A DNA stretch of 51,517 nt from Bugula neritina (taxonomy: Eukaryota; Animalia; Bryozoa): the NCBI GenBank assembly GCA_964035545.1, contig CAXIUT010000036.1, forward strand, positions 24,287-75,803, written 5' to 3'. Positions within the stretch are counted from its first letter, which is position 1, and every line of letters starts with the position of its first letter. This document shows, piece by piece, positions 39,446 to 51,517 of this stretch. Below the pieces are notes generated by a model. The model did not search any database. It had not been told where the DNA came from and saw only the letters and a program-made list of their open reading frames with translations. Both the position numbers and the translations under genes were made by a program.

Positions 39446-41047
39446 TCACTGTTTATATTTTTCTGACAACATTGCACAACATCTAGAGAAACAATTTCCT
39501 TAATCTTCTTCTTATTATTCTTAACTTTATTCATCTTAATTAATTGAACGATCAGTATTCGATAATAATGATTGTTTTTTACTATTTTTAGCTCTTTAAT
39601 ATGACGTACTATTTGAACATACATTTTTTAGTTGATCACCTAATAAACTAAAGATAAATATACTAAATATAATTGAGAATAAACTTGATACTATTGAATT
39701 AGCTAGAACAAGTTGATCAAGTAATCTATAATCAATCTAAATAAGTGTAGTAGGTCTGATTGATTCAAATGCTTTAGTTTCTAGACATAAAGCAATGAAT
39801 AATATTTCAATAGTTGATACAATGAGTAAAATAAGAAAGGTCATGAATTTACCAATATTATATGCACTAACACAATTATTTATCCAAGGACAATGATGAT
39901 CATACCGATAGATACATACACCACATATAAAGCAATGAAATTAATTACCTGCAATAGTTTATCTACATTCTGTACAGACAGGTAACTATACATCTACTAG
40001 ATCTTTTGGTTGTTTTTTTGGATGTTTTTTTGTTAAAAATATAAAAAGAATCAATTGAACAATATACAATACTCCTACTAATGTATAGAAGTAGTAAGGT
40101 GATTCAAATAATATTACTTATGCTAAAATATTACTAGGTAGATATAATAGATGGAATAGAATAAGGAAGATGATACAATATTTGATGGTAGGTTTTTATA
40201 CTGTATAGATAATTTTAGTATTACATGTTATTTTTATTTTTTACCAGTTAGTAAATTAATCATTTAGAATTTTAACTAGATCGATTTTATTTTGATTACG
40301 AGCTATATCAATAGGCATTAAATCTTAATGATTACTTATATGTCTATTAACACCTTTAACTAACATCCTTTTTATTATTTATTTATGTCCTCCAAGAACA
40401 GCCATAGCTAATGGAGTATTTCCATCATTATTAGGTCCATTAATATCAACTTCTATATTTTATAAACTTAAAAAATATGAAACAATACCATAACAACCAG
40501 TATATGCAGCTTTATGTAAAGGAGTATTACCTGCTTGATTACGACTATTAATATCAAATAATATTTTACCTTATCTATGTTCTATTAAATACACTAAAGT
40601 TTTCAGATGATTATTTTAGATAGCCATAAATAATAAAGTTTATTGTTCATTAGTAATAGTAAACATATTAGCTCCATATTTTTATAAGAAATTAATCATT
40701 TAGATATTACCATGTAATCCTGCAAAATGTAAAGCAGTATATCCATCATTATTTTGTATATTAATCCATGCTTTAAGTTGATTTTAAAAAGATGGATCAT
40801 TTCTATTATGTTTCAAATTCTATTTAGCAAAAGCTTAGAAATGTAGGATGTAGATTTTTAGTTTTGAAAGTTAGTTTTTAAATGCAGCAAAATGAAGTAA
40901 AGATGATCCATTTTTTTATTGCATTATTGATAAGTTTAACTATGCACGATTCTCAAGATAATTACGAAGTTATTCATTACTCCTTAAATTCATTATCGAA
41001 TTTATTGGACGACTTTATTGCTATGGCCTAGAACGCTGTTTTGACAT
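39446..41047 (-). CDS. Ankyrin-repeat DHHC palmitoyltransferase (AKR1/ZDHHC17-like), 533 aa
   Basis: GSSLLHFAAF, GYTALHFAG, GNTPLHKAA and GNTPLAMA ankyrin repeats; HCFICGVCIYRYDHHCPWINNCV; NSTSYE (TTxE motif). Confidence 0.92.
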
Positions 41048-41306
41048 TTTTATCTCTGATTTATTTTAATTTTAATAGAATATTTATCAGATCTTGTAAT
41101 GATATGTTGTAATTAATCATATGTTGTAATGAATCATATTTAATAGAATATTTATCGTATTGAACTCTATCATATCTATCATAATTTATATCATATTTAT
41201 ATTGAATCATAAACTAACTCAAGAATTAAATAAATTATCAACCCCTTCTTCTTCTCGTAACCAAAAAATCAAAATCAACTTCACTACAAGATATCAAAAT
41301 TAAATA

Positions 41307-42257
41307 ATGTAATAATAGATCTAAAAATAATCAAACTAAACATTAACTTTAAAGGCAAGCATAGCATTCCAATAATCAACAACTTCATTTTTATTCAACC
41401 AAAATCACATAATACTTCACTATCCAACTAATATCTTCATTCTGAATCTTCTAACAAAACAAACATAAACAATTCAACTATAATCTGATTCAACTATTAC
41501 ACTCCTACCACCTTATCTCTTCATAGTCATGCATTAAAGATACTTATATGGTTACAAAATGAGTCAAGGAGGGTTAGATGATGTCGTTAGTATTCGTATT
41601 TCTAAAATGTAACCAAGATGTATATGTCGATTCAATAAAGGATATTTTATTGGAGGATTTAATCGTAGTAGATTACCAGGAAATAAAAGAACTTAAAGAA
41701 GGTAAATCTATTTCTTTTAAAATTTGAAATCATAATAAAAAAATAAACCTAAAGAAATCATTACAATCAATAATAGTCTTTAACCTATATCAATATTACA
41801 AATGCAAAATCCATATCTTTTAGTTTATTGTAAACCTACTATTTATTTAATATCGATTATTTCACGTTAAATTCTTTTGATTTTTGAGAAATAAGCTTAA
41901 AATATACTTCTTCTTGAAGGAAGATTTGCATTATCAAGTATTAATGGTATTGGAATATCAAATAAACAAATTTTATTTAGTTTTGATATTTAGAAGAGTC
42001 CTCTTTTTGGAGTCTAATTTATCTAGTGTAAATAAAAATGTTAAAAAGTATGTATGGAAAAAACAGGAAGAATATTTACTAGTTTTAATCATATGATTTT
42101 CTAATATAATCCTTTTCATAGAAATACTAAAGAGTTGATAAAATATCAAGAAGATGATAAAGTTGTTGATATGCTTTGTTCGAATAATAATAACTTAATG
42201 ATATTGAGGATAACGACAGGTAGAAAATGTTATCTAGATGTATATGTGATTAACTGA
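41307..42257 (+). CDS. Hypothetical protein, ~316 aa (beta-rich; start uncertain)
   Basis: TGA-free frame of more than 1 kb under TAR=Glu; first in-frame ATG at 41307; no motif recognised. Confidence 0.55.
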
Positions 42258-42405
42258 TATTGATATATGATTGATTAGTTGTATTTGATATAAAGCTTAA
42301 TCAACTAACTATTTAACTATTTGATTAACTTATATTTTTTGGGCTATATTTTCTGACTGATTGACTGACTGATTGATTAAGTTGAAGATATAATTTTATT
42401 GAGAT

Positions 42406-44997
42406 ATGTCATTTTATCGTTCAGACTAAACATCTTTCTTCAAGTTAGTTATACCTAGGGAAAATGCATGGGATATAATGAATGAATTAGGTAACTTTTC
42501 TTCTGATTTTAGGTCAACAGAAATTGATACATATTGTTCCATCATTAACACCTGCATTATCAAGACCATTTTATCAACATATAAGAAGATGTGAAGATTC
42601 TTTAAATCGATTAAATGGATTATAAAAATTATTAGAAGAGAAAAGAATCTTTAAAAGAAGAATAGAATTTCCTTAACAAGCATATCATGAATTGTTTAGA
42701 TTATGGTAATAACAAGCAAATAAAAATGGTGGACATCCTTCTAATATATTAAATGATATTATTGGTTAAATTGATCAAGCATGGAGTTATTATTAAGATC
42801 TAGTTAAAAGAATAGATTAATTATCAAAAAAAAATCAAAAATATAGAGATAATTTAGCTTTATTAAAAGCTGGAGAATAACATTTTGGTCGTGATTTTTT
42901 TACTATTAAAGATAGAGTTCAAGATCAGAATTATTCTTTATTATCAGGTTCAAAAATAAATTATAAATGTGGTGTAATAAATATAAATGATTCTTTAAGA
43001 TTTAAACGTACTATTTTTAGAATAACAAAAGGAAATTCTATTGTAACTACAATTCCTTTTGATAAAATATATACTAATCCTTTATAAGAATAAAAAACAA
43101 GAATGGCTTTCTTTGTATTATATCCTGGTAATATATAAGATAATTATCTTGAAAAAAAATTAACTAAATTAATATAAAATTTAAGTTAATGTAGTTTTTA
43201 ATTACCAAGTAATAATCAATAATATATACGTATTAAAAGTAATATAGAAAGTTAAATGGTTTAAAGTTAAAATTTATTATTAATGACATAAAATTAATTA
43301 AAAGAATTTCTTTAAAAATTAGTTGATCCAATGAATAATAGTTAATATTATAGACGTCATGAATATTTGAAATTATATCTTTTGAAATAGAAATAATTAT
43401 ATAATAATTTAAATGAAATGTAAATTTATAATAACTTTATGCAAGGTAATATTTATATAAGAAAATAAGATATAAGTTTATTACAAAAGATAATGAATGA
43501 ATTATAAGAAAAAATTAAACAACCTGTAGGACATATACTACCTGCTTATTCAGATAATTATCCAACTCATTTTACTACTAATGCTTATACATGTTCAGCT
43601 CAAGAAATAGTATAAACTTATGGAATACCTAATTATCAAGAAGCTAATCCAGGATTCTTTACTGTTATTACATTTCCTTTCTTATTTGGTGTTATGTTTG
43701 GTGATATGGGACATGGATTAATCTTATTTAGTTTTGGATGCTTGATGATTTTTGGTATTAAATAAAATACAACTAATCCTGTTTATAAAATGCTTAGACC
43801 TCATAGATATATGATAACTTTAATGGGTTTCTTTTCTAGTTATTGTGGATTAATCTATAATGATTATTTATCTATACCAATTGATTTCTTTGGTTCATGT
43901 TTTGATCCTACTGATATCTAACCAAAACAACCTATACCTGGTGATCCTAATTGTATCTATCCAATAGGTTTAGATCCAGTTTGGGCAATAGCATAAAATA
44001 ATCTTAATTTTCTTAATGCTATGAAAATGAAAATAGCTGTTATAATAGCTGTAACACATATGACTTTAGGTATTTTTATTAAAGGATCAAATACTATTTT
44101 TTATGGTAGAATTATTGACTTCTTATTTTAATTTGTACCACAACTTATTTTCATGGTTTTATTATTTGGTTATATGGATTTTTTAATTATTTATAAATGG
44201 TTAATACCTTGGGGTTATAATTCACCAGAAGCACCATCAATTATTACTACCATGATTAATATGCCTTTAAAATTAGGAGCTACTGTAATTTATATTATTA
44301 TTATAGACTCCTTGTTGTTCAGGTGGACAACCTATGTGGGGATAATATGGTAATACATCTCAAGATAAAATTCAATTAATCTTTTTAATAATAGCTGTTA
44401 TTTGTATTCCATTAATTTTATTTCCAAAACCATTATTTTAAATTCTATGTAAAAGTCATAAACCTAAAGAATAAATATCTTAAAATAATACAAATCGTTT
44501 ATTATAAAGTGATTAAAATATTGAACAACCATAATCATGTTAGTTTGTTAATAATATAGCTAAAATAATAATAAAAAAAGAAGAAGAACATGATGCTAGT
44601 TAAATCTTTGTACATCAATTAATTTAAACTATTTAATATGTCTTAGGTTGTATTTCTAATACTGCTTCTTATTTAAGATTATGGGCTTTATCATTAGCAC
44701 ATTCACAATTAGCATAAGTTTTCTTTAATAAAATTGTTTAATCTGGTTTTATTTCAGGTTATTCTGGAATACCAATAGTATTTTTGTTGATATTTATAGA
44801 TGTTAATTGGTTTTATCTTTTTAGCTGGAATCACTTTTGGAGTATTATTATGTATGGATGTTATGGAATGTTTCTTACATACCTTAAGATTACATTGGGT
44901 TGAATTCAATAATAAGTTCTATAAAGGAGCTGGATTCCTATTTGTCTTCTATAACTTCAAAAAAAAATTAAGTACAGATATCAATCTTGATAACTGA
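42406..44997 (+). CDS. VPH1: V-type ATPase V0 subunit a (Vph1/ATP6V0A family), 841 aa; introns 42491-42512, 44285-44306, 44778-44799
   Basis: [107 protein letters not shown]. Confidence 0.97.
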
Positions 44998-45092
44998 TTG
45001 ATCCATAAATATATCAATATCATCGATTGCATTGCTTGTATTGTATGGATTGAATATTAATGATTGAATATGAATATTAATGATGAAATATA

Positions 45093-45412
45093 TTTGTTGG
45101 AAGTCCATCATAAGATGTTTCTCTGATAATATTCTAGAAAAGTAATCATCATAAGTCTTCTCAAAAAATCTAGATAATCGTTAAGTAAGTATAGGTCTAT
45201 AGAAAAATCATTATCATAGATCTTGAATATGAAAAGATTTGTTGGAAGTCCATCATAAGTTGTTTCTCTGATAATATTCTAGAAAAATCATCATCATAGG
45301 TCTTCTCAAAAAGTCTAGATATAGTTAAGTAAGTATAGGTCTATTGATTGAACATTGATATGAATAGATTTTTATGAAGTCCATCATAAGTTGCTCCTCA
45401 AAAAGTCTAGAA
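45093..45412. repeat. Intergenic tandem duplication (~145-nt period, two copies plus a partial third)
   Basis: tttgttggaagtccatcataag...ctctgataatattctagaaaa...gttaagtaagtataggtctat at ~45093 and ~45238; partial copy at ~45376. Confidence 0.85.
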
Positions 45413-45457
45413 CAATAATTATAGCTATAAATAAAAGAATAATCAAAAAGTTAAATA

Positions 45458-45982
45458 TCAAATTCGAGCGTTATCTGTAATTTAAGTATCAAAACTAGTT
45501 GGCATAGAAGTCCTTCCTTTATAAATACTAGAAGTTTTACTCATTTTTATTTTCTTAGCTTTAATTTATTCTTTTTCTTGTCCTTTAATCATTTTGAAAG
45601 TAGTGTATTCTAATTTATCTTCTTCTTATTCTTCTAATTAAATATTACATGAATCAAGTTGTTCTAATTGTTTACTAAGATGTTTTTTGATTGAATTTCT
45701 AGTGATGATATGTTTTTGAGATATCATTTAAGGATTAGTAGGTAAAGTTTAGAAATCATGACATGTTCCAACTTTTCTTAAAGATTATTGATGTCTTTCT
45801 TGAAGAAGTTATACTTAAGATTTAAGTAAATTCAGTTTTATATTATCTACATCTTTATGTCTTGAAGATGTTGATCTTTAAATGTTCTTTAATGTTTTAT
45901 CATTAGCTAAGATAGATGTTAGAGGATGAGCAAGGTTTTTTCTTTTCAGGATTAAAGATTAATGAATATGACTGTTGTTCAT
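45458..45982 (-). CDS. Hypothetical protein, 174 aa
   Basis: ATG-to-TGA 525-nt frame under TAR=Glu (MNNSHIHESLILKRK...TDNARI); no motif recognised. Confidence 0.55.
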
Positions 45983-46114
45983 GTTTTAATTTATATTATA
46001 GATAATGAAATCATACTGAATTCAACTATATAGATATTGAAAACATAAAAAACATCATTATTAAAATAATATATCATCATATTATAATTATCACAAATCA
46101 TGAAGATAAACAGA

Positions 46115-47980
46115 TCATATGTTTTTGTTTTATCTCTTCAATACCAACAAATTATAAAGCCATTCTATTTGTAGTAAATTTGCTAAGAATAAAAAATAGA
46201 TATTATAGATAAAACTAAAGAATGCAAAAAGAAGATTCCAAAGATATGGTAAACTTTTAGGTGGTTATCTCATAAAAACTAATACATGTAATACTATTAA
46301 TACCACAACAAACAACAAACGTATGATTAGATTATCATAAAACTTTCTATGCCAAATTAAAGTAATTTAATTAATTTTTTATTTTTTATTTATTTGATTC
46401 TGAAGTAATATATAACTACCACCAATTAATATATATAAAGTCATGATAGCAAAATAACTAAAGATTTGTTGATCTTCTTTTAATAGGAAGAACATTGCAC
46501 CACATCCAGTAATAATTAATTAATAAATAAACCATCCTCCAATAATTTATCTAGTTATAGGCATTATTAATAAAGGTAAAAGAATAGATTTTTAATGAAC
46601 ATGATATGAAAACATAAAAAATGTTAATGATATTGTAGTAAAACTTATTACTATACTTTTTTTATTTGGATTTATTAAAAGAGATATCATAGATGGTATA
46701 CTAAAAATAATAGATAAAATAAAACATAAAAGAACTAAAGTTGTTTGATTAAAATTTATTTACCAATTCATTATAATATCTGATATACACCAAAAATTAG
46801 GTACTTTTAATTGATATAATCCTCTATGTATAGGAAAGATAGCTGCTAGAACTGTTTTTATACTATTCATAGATTATAACCATGGTAACCATATGATTAA
46901 AGATATTATTATAACTATTAAACCATATTTAATAATTTCTATCAGAATTTTAGGTTGATTAAATTTATATTTATTATATGTTAGACCAATTAATGCACAA
47001 AGAAAAGCTAAAGAATAATAGATTGCCATTTGTTTAGAATGTATAGCAATAGTATATAATAAACAAGTAAGATAATATTATTATTTAATTAAACAATAAT
47101 ATGACATAAGTATTAAACCTAGTATAAGATTATTATATTGGAAATGTCCATGATCTATTAATATTATATCAGGTTTAATTAAGTAGATTAAACAGAATAT
47201 TGATGATATTTTTGATTGATAATGACGTGATATTAAATAGATTGATGGAAATAGAAAAAGAAGATCGATTATTAAAGTAGTAAATCTCATATAGATTTTT
47301 AATGATTATGATTAATATCCATGTTGAATTTTCATTGAATTAGGTTCAAAAGATTGATATAATTTACCAAAAATATAACTAAGATATGCTGCTATCGGTG
47401 GATAATCTATCCTCCACCATGGTTATTCTTAATATTCTTAATACCATTAATTAATTGGTCGATTCAGTGTTATACTCATCCAATTTCTATGAGCTTAGAA
47501 ATCACCAAGTAAAGGATAATCATTTTCACCTGAATATGATCCTAAACCAACACAGATACGTAATATTATAGCTATCATAATTATTAAAGGTAATGTTCTT
47601 GAAGAATTAAAACATTTAAGTAATAAATATTATTCTACTTATTTTTTTATTTCTTATTTTTATTTTATTCTTATAGCTATTAATTCTATCAACTCAAATA
47701 TTTTTATTTTTGGTGTCCATTCTTAAATCAACTAAGATACAGGTCTTTTCTTATTAACTTAATCACTTAATGAATAATATGGTTCATTAAAAGGATATTC
47801 AGTAGGTATGAAGATATGTAATCTTTGATGATCATGTAACATATTGTTAAAAACTACTTCATTTCGATTGATTATATTAAAGGAGTGATTGATTGATTGT
47901 AAGTATTAAAATTATTTATCTAATCTTACAGCTTTTATACTTTCATTACTTCTATTTTAAATGTTCTCCATGTTGTTCAT
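46115..47980 (-). CDS. ALG6: Dol-P-Glc alpha-1,3-glucosyltransferase ALG6 with N-terminal UBC/UEV-like extension, 621 aa
   Basis: YSGENDYPLLGDFEAHRNWMSIT, WRIDYPPIAAY, LIDHGHFQYN, FPIHRGLY, FMFSYHVHEKSILLP. The ORF is 1866 nt with no intron needed. Confidence 0.92.
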
Positions 47981-48054
47981 GATGACGTGTAATTATGTTA
48001 ATTTATAAAATATAAAATATTGAATATTGAAGATAAGTTTAGATTTATGTTTGA

Positions 48055-49386
48055 TCAATCATTCTTCTTGTTTAGAATCTCATTCTTCTTGTTTAGAATC
48101 TCATCTTTCTTGTTCAGACTACCCTTCTTGTTATGACTACCCTTCTTGTTATGACTACCATTCTTCTCACCATCTTTTTTATCAGGAATAGAACTACCAT
48201 ATAACAATCTACCCATACTTCGAAGTAATATATCAATAGGTTCAAATGGTATAAATACATATGGTACTTTAGATGTATATTATTTCCATAAATGTTTATA
48301 TTTTTCTTGACATTTAGTATCATCACGATATGCTCTATGTGTTAATAATATTAAAAGATAAAGAGCATAGAAATAACCTCCAAGTTGATAACCACAAGGT
48401 AGACAATAGCTAATAGCCATGATAAGATCACCTGTATAATTCATATGTCTTCCTAATCCCCAGAAACCTGATACAAGTAATTTATTTCCAATAGTTTTAG
48501 GTTTTTAATTCCAAATTTATAAAGTTGGATTAGTTTTGAATTGATTTTTTTGAGAATTACTTGTTCTAAAGATATAATATCCTATCAAATATAATAAAAC
48601 TATTGGTATTACATTTATTATTGAAGAATAATCATCATAATCTACTAGATAATGACATTGAATACTAAATACAAATGGAATAAAAACATAATCTCCAAAG
48701 ACTAACATATATCCAAATTATTAACTGATGATATCCCAAGTTGTTAACATTTTAGATTAATTCCAAAAATAATCTAAGATATATATACCTGTTGTTAGTT
48801 GATAAGCTAACATTCTATATGTTATGTTTCCATGCTTTTATAATTGAAGTGATAGAAAAGATAAATTTAGAACTAACCAAAATAACATAGCTACTCTATA
48901 GGCTATAAATTTAATATCAAATGAACCTAAACGTGGATTTAATTATTTTCCTATCCAAAAATCTAAAACAAAAGATCCATGTGTATAATTATCAACTTCT
49001 TCTCCTAAATAAGATATACCTAATTTTCCTTTTAAATATAATAAAATACTTACTATTAATGCAAAGATATTAACTGTTGACCATAAAGGCCAAAATTATT
49101 TGACTAAATTATTTACCTAAAATATTGTTATTGGTTATAACTTATCAAATACACCACCAAAAACTAATACTATTGTAATAGTTAATAATGTTAATCTAAA
49201 TCCATTGATAGAATAGTTTAATTGTAATCCTCTTTTTGGTTATGGATGTCCTTTTATTATAGTACTTGGTACTATTATTGAAGCAAGACAGATATAGAGG
49301 TAATAGATGATGTATGAAGTAACTGCTGATAGGGTAGGTGATGCGAAGAATGTTGAACTAAGGTAAGTTAGTATGTTGTTGATCAT
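48055..49386 (-). CDS. ERG4/ERG24-family sterol reductase (delta14/delta7, LBR/TM7SF2-like), 443 aa
   Basis: [75 protein letters not shown]; short tandem-repeat C-terminal tail. Confidence 0.93.
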
Positions 49387-49389
49387 TAA

Positions 49390-50102
49390 TTTATGATAAA
49401 ATATTATGTAAATCAGAATTATTACTCATAAAAGTTAAGTTTAATTTAAATAATAGATTTCATGTAAAGAGAAAAGATAGTCAATCAAAGAAAAGTTGTT
49501 GTATTTTAAGAAAGCTTTATCGTTGTCAGAATAGTCGTAGGTTGGATATTATTTGAATCCATTATATGTTGATTAAAAGATGTGATATTTTTTAGTTTTG
49601 AGACCTTCATAGAAAAAAGTTAGGCTTTGATTTAGGATTATTTTTGAAGAAATTTAGACCAAATAAGATAGACTACTATATTTTTAGCAAAAATCAATAG
49701 TTATTTGATAAATACCCCGAGGAAAATAAAGTAGTTCAATAATTTCAAAAGATAGTTCGTTTGTTTTTTAAGAAGTCCATGATAAGAAGAAAGAGCTGAC
49801 AGATAGTAGACTAACCAAATAATAATATTAGTGCTATTTAGATATAAATGATTGAGATAGATTATCATGTATCATCATTTTTGATATTGAAAGGTTATCC
49901 ATCTTGAGTAGATCATGAAGGGTTCTACATTTCGAGTAAATTATATGCATGAAGTTTGAGGTTTTTCTTTCTAGTTGACTACTGTCGTATTATTTTTATT
50001 TGTAGTTTTGATAGTTAGTCAGAAACGATAAGATAAATTAACAAGTACTATTATCTTTGTTCTTAAATCGTACTTGTTATTACAAGGTTAAAATAAAAAT
50101 AA
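49390..50102 (+). repeat. TLDc-family upstream spacer (close inverted match to ~23740-24275; related to ~7850-8610)
   Basis: Long shared strings such as atcttgagtagatcatgaagggttctacatttcgagtaaattatatgcatgaagtttgagg. It begins a few nt from the sterol reductase ATG. Confidence 0.85.
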
Positions 50103-51347
50103 ATGTAAGAAATTAGAGACGAAGAACTTCAAGCCCTCAATCAGGCATACCTCAAGATGCCTGACAACCTTAAGTGCGCTTAAGGTAATAAAATTGAGAA
50201 GATCTGCCAGGATTCTTCATGTGCCAATGCTCTAATCTGCTCTAACTACTAGTGTAAGTCATGTTCTTAATACTCTCTAAACTATCATACGATTCCTTTA
50301 TTTGGTTTAACTAAAAATCTAAATGCTTTGGTTGATAACAATAAATAACTTATATAGAGTTCACTGAAGATAGATAGGGACTTCATTCTAAATTTTAAGA
50401 AAGATCAAGAGGAGTTTATAAAGAGGTCTCCTTTTAAAGGACTAGAAGAAAAACATAAGAAAACTATTTAGGAAATCTTTACAAAAGTTAATGCTAAATG
50501 TTTGAATGGAAAATAAGCTAATTAGCTACAAAGTAAAGTGTTTTAGTTGAGTAAAAACAACAAAAAACACGAAGAAATGAATCAGTTACTTAAAGACTAT
50601 TCAAAACAAATGAAAAAATACTGCAATGCCATCAAAGAATTCAGGTAAACCTTACTTAGTCAAATATGTATTGATTTCGATTCAGTTATCTTAAAAAAAG
50701 GAGATAAAGATGTTGAACAACAAAAGTTGTTTTTGATGGAGGCTTTAAAAAAGCCAAAGAAGTTGTAACTACTCTACAGAGGATCAGAAAATGGTTTTAG
50801 TGGAAAAGCTTTCCATAACAAATGTAATAACATCTAGCATACTTTTACTTTAGTGAGAACTCAGTTTGGTAAAACCATTGGAGGGTATTCCAAATACAAG
50901 TGGAACCAAGTAGAATATGGTCATGTAAGTGATGCAGGAAAGGAAGCTTTTCTGCTGTCGTTGGACTTAAAGTAAAAAATGATTTGTCACAATCAAGATC
51001 ATATAATATAATGTAACAATAACTATGGTCCAATATTTGGAGTAAATGATCTCTGCATATCTGACCAATGCAATAATAATAACGAATCCTATGCAAACTT
51101 AGGTGATTCCTATAATTCTGAAGATAAAAAATACATTTGTGGCAATATGTAGACCTGGAAAGCATTTTCTGGAGCAACCTAAAATTAATATTTTAAAGTG
51201 GTTGAATACTAAGTGTTCAAAGTGATTTATGAGTAAAAATAAAAATACGAATAAAAATAAGCATCTAAATAAGCATCTAAATAAAATAAAAAATAAGCAT
51301 CAAAATAGAAATAAAAATCAGATTGTCCAATCTGTCAAATCTATTGA
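50103..51347 (+). CDS. TLDc family copy F, 414 aa, with charged C-terminal extension ending CPICQIY
   Basis: Intronless 1245-nt ORF; single DFDSVILKKGDKDV linker; ends ...VVEYEVFKVIYEEKEKYEEKEASKEASKENKKEASKEKEKSDCPICQIY-TGA. Confidence 0.9.
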
Positions 51348-51421
51348 TCTTCTCATCCATTATTCTTATCATTTCTTTAAGATTTATCAATCATAATATA
51401 AAAGAATCATCGGGTAGTCAA

Positions 51422-51517
51422 GGGGTTGGGGTTGGGGTTGGGGTTGGGGTTGGGGTTGGGGTTGGGGTTGGGGTTGGGGTTGGGGTTGGGGTTGGGGTTG
51501 GGGTTGGGGTTGGGTTG
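51422..51517 (+). repeat. Right terminal telomere (GGGGTT)n
   Basis: Tandem TTGGGG to the end of the window. Confidence 0.97.

Noticed and set aside
2032-51177. Most entries of the supplied ORF track (e.g. 2638-2925, 9432-9656, 50845-51177)
   Set aside because: The track treats TAA and TAG as stops. These entries are antisense shadows of TLDc genes or fragments of longer table-30 genes.

Overview
AT-rich ciliate nuclear DNA with Tetrahymena-type telomeres at both ends in the correct orientation: (CCCCAA)n at 1-76 and (GGGGTT)n at 51422-51517. There are also two internal G4T2 tracts of identical length (63 nt) at 6074-6136 and 35828-35890. TAA and TAG both read as Glu and TGA is the only stop (peritrich code, NCBI table 30), so the host is most likely a peritrich and the supplied ORF track is mostly fragments or antisense shadows. 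Introns are only 20-23 nt. About 25.4-49.4 kb is mostly single-copy genes: coiled-coil+TLDc, a ciliate 2-TM protein, SPAG17/PF6-like, arrestin-like, EF-hand/WD40, ankyrin-DHHC, V-ATPase subunit a, an ALG6 with an unexpected UBC-like N-terminus, and an ERG24/DHCR7-family sterol reductase. About 0.1-25.3 kb and 49.4-51.4 kb is a patchwork of segmental duplications. These carry five intact copies and one decayed copy of a gene encoding a Cys-rich (B-box-like) region, a coiled coil and a TLDc domain, amid decayed passengers. The five TLDc domains share an almost invariant framework but differ in about seven short hypervariable patches, and they show recombination mosaicism. This is the best candidate for an undescribed system: a TRIM-like diversified ligand-recognition repertoire. 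All translations and alignments were done by eye; no database searches were run.
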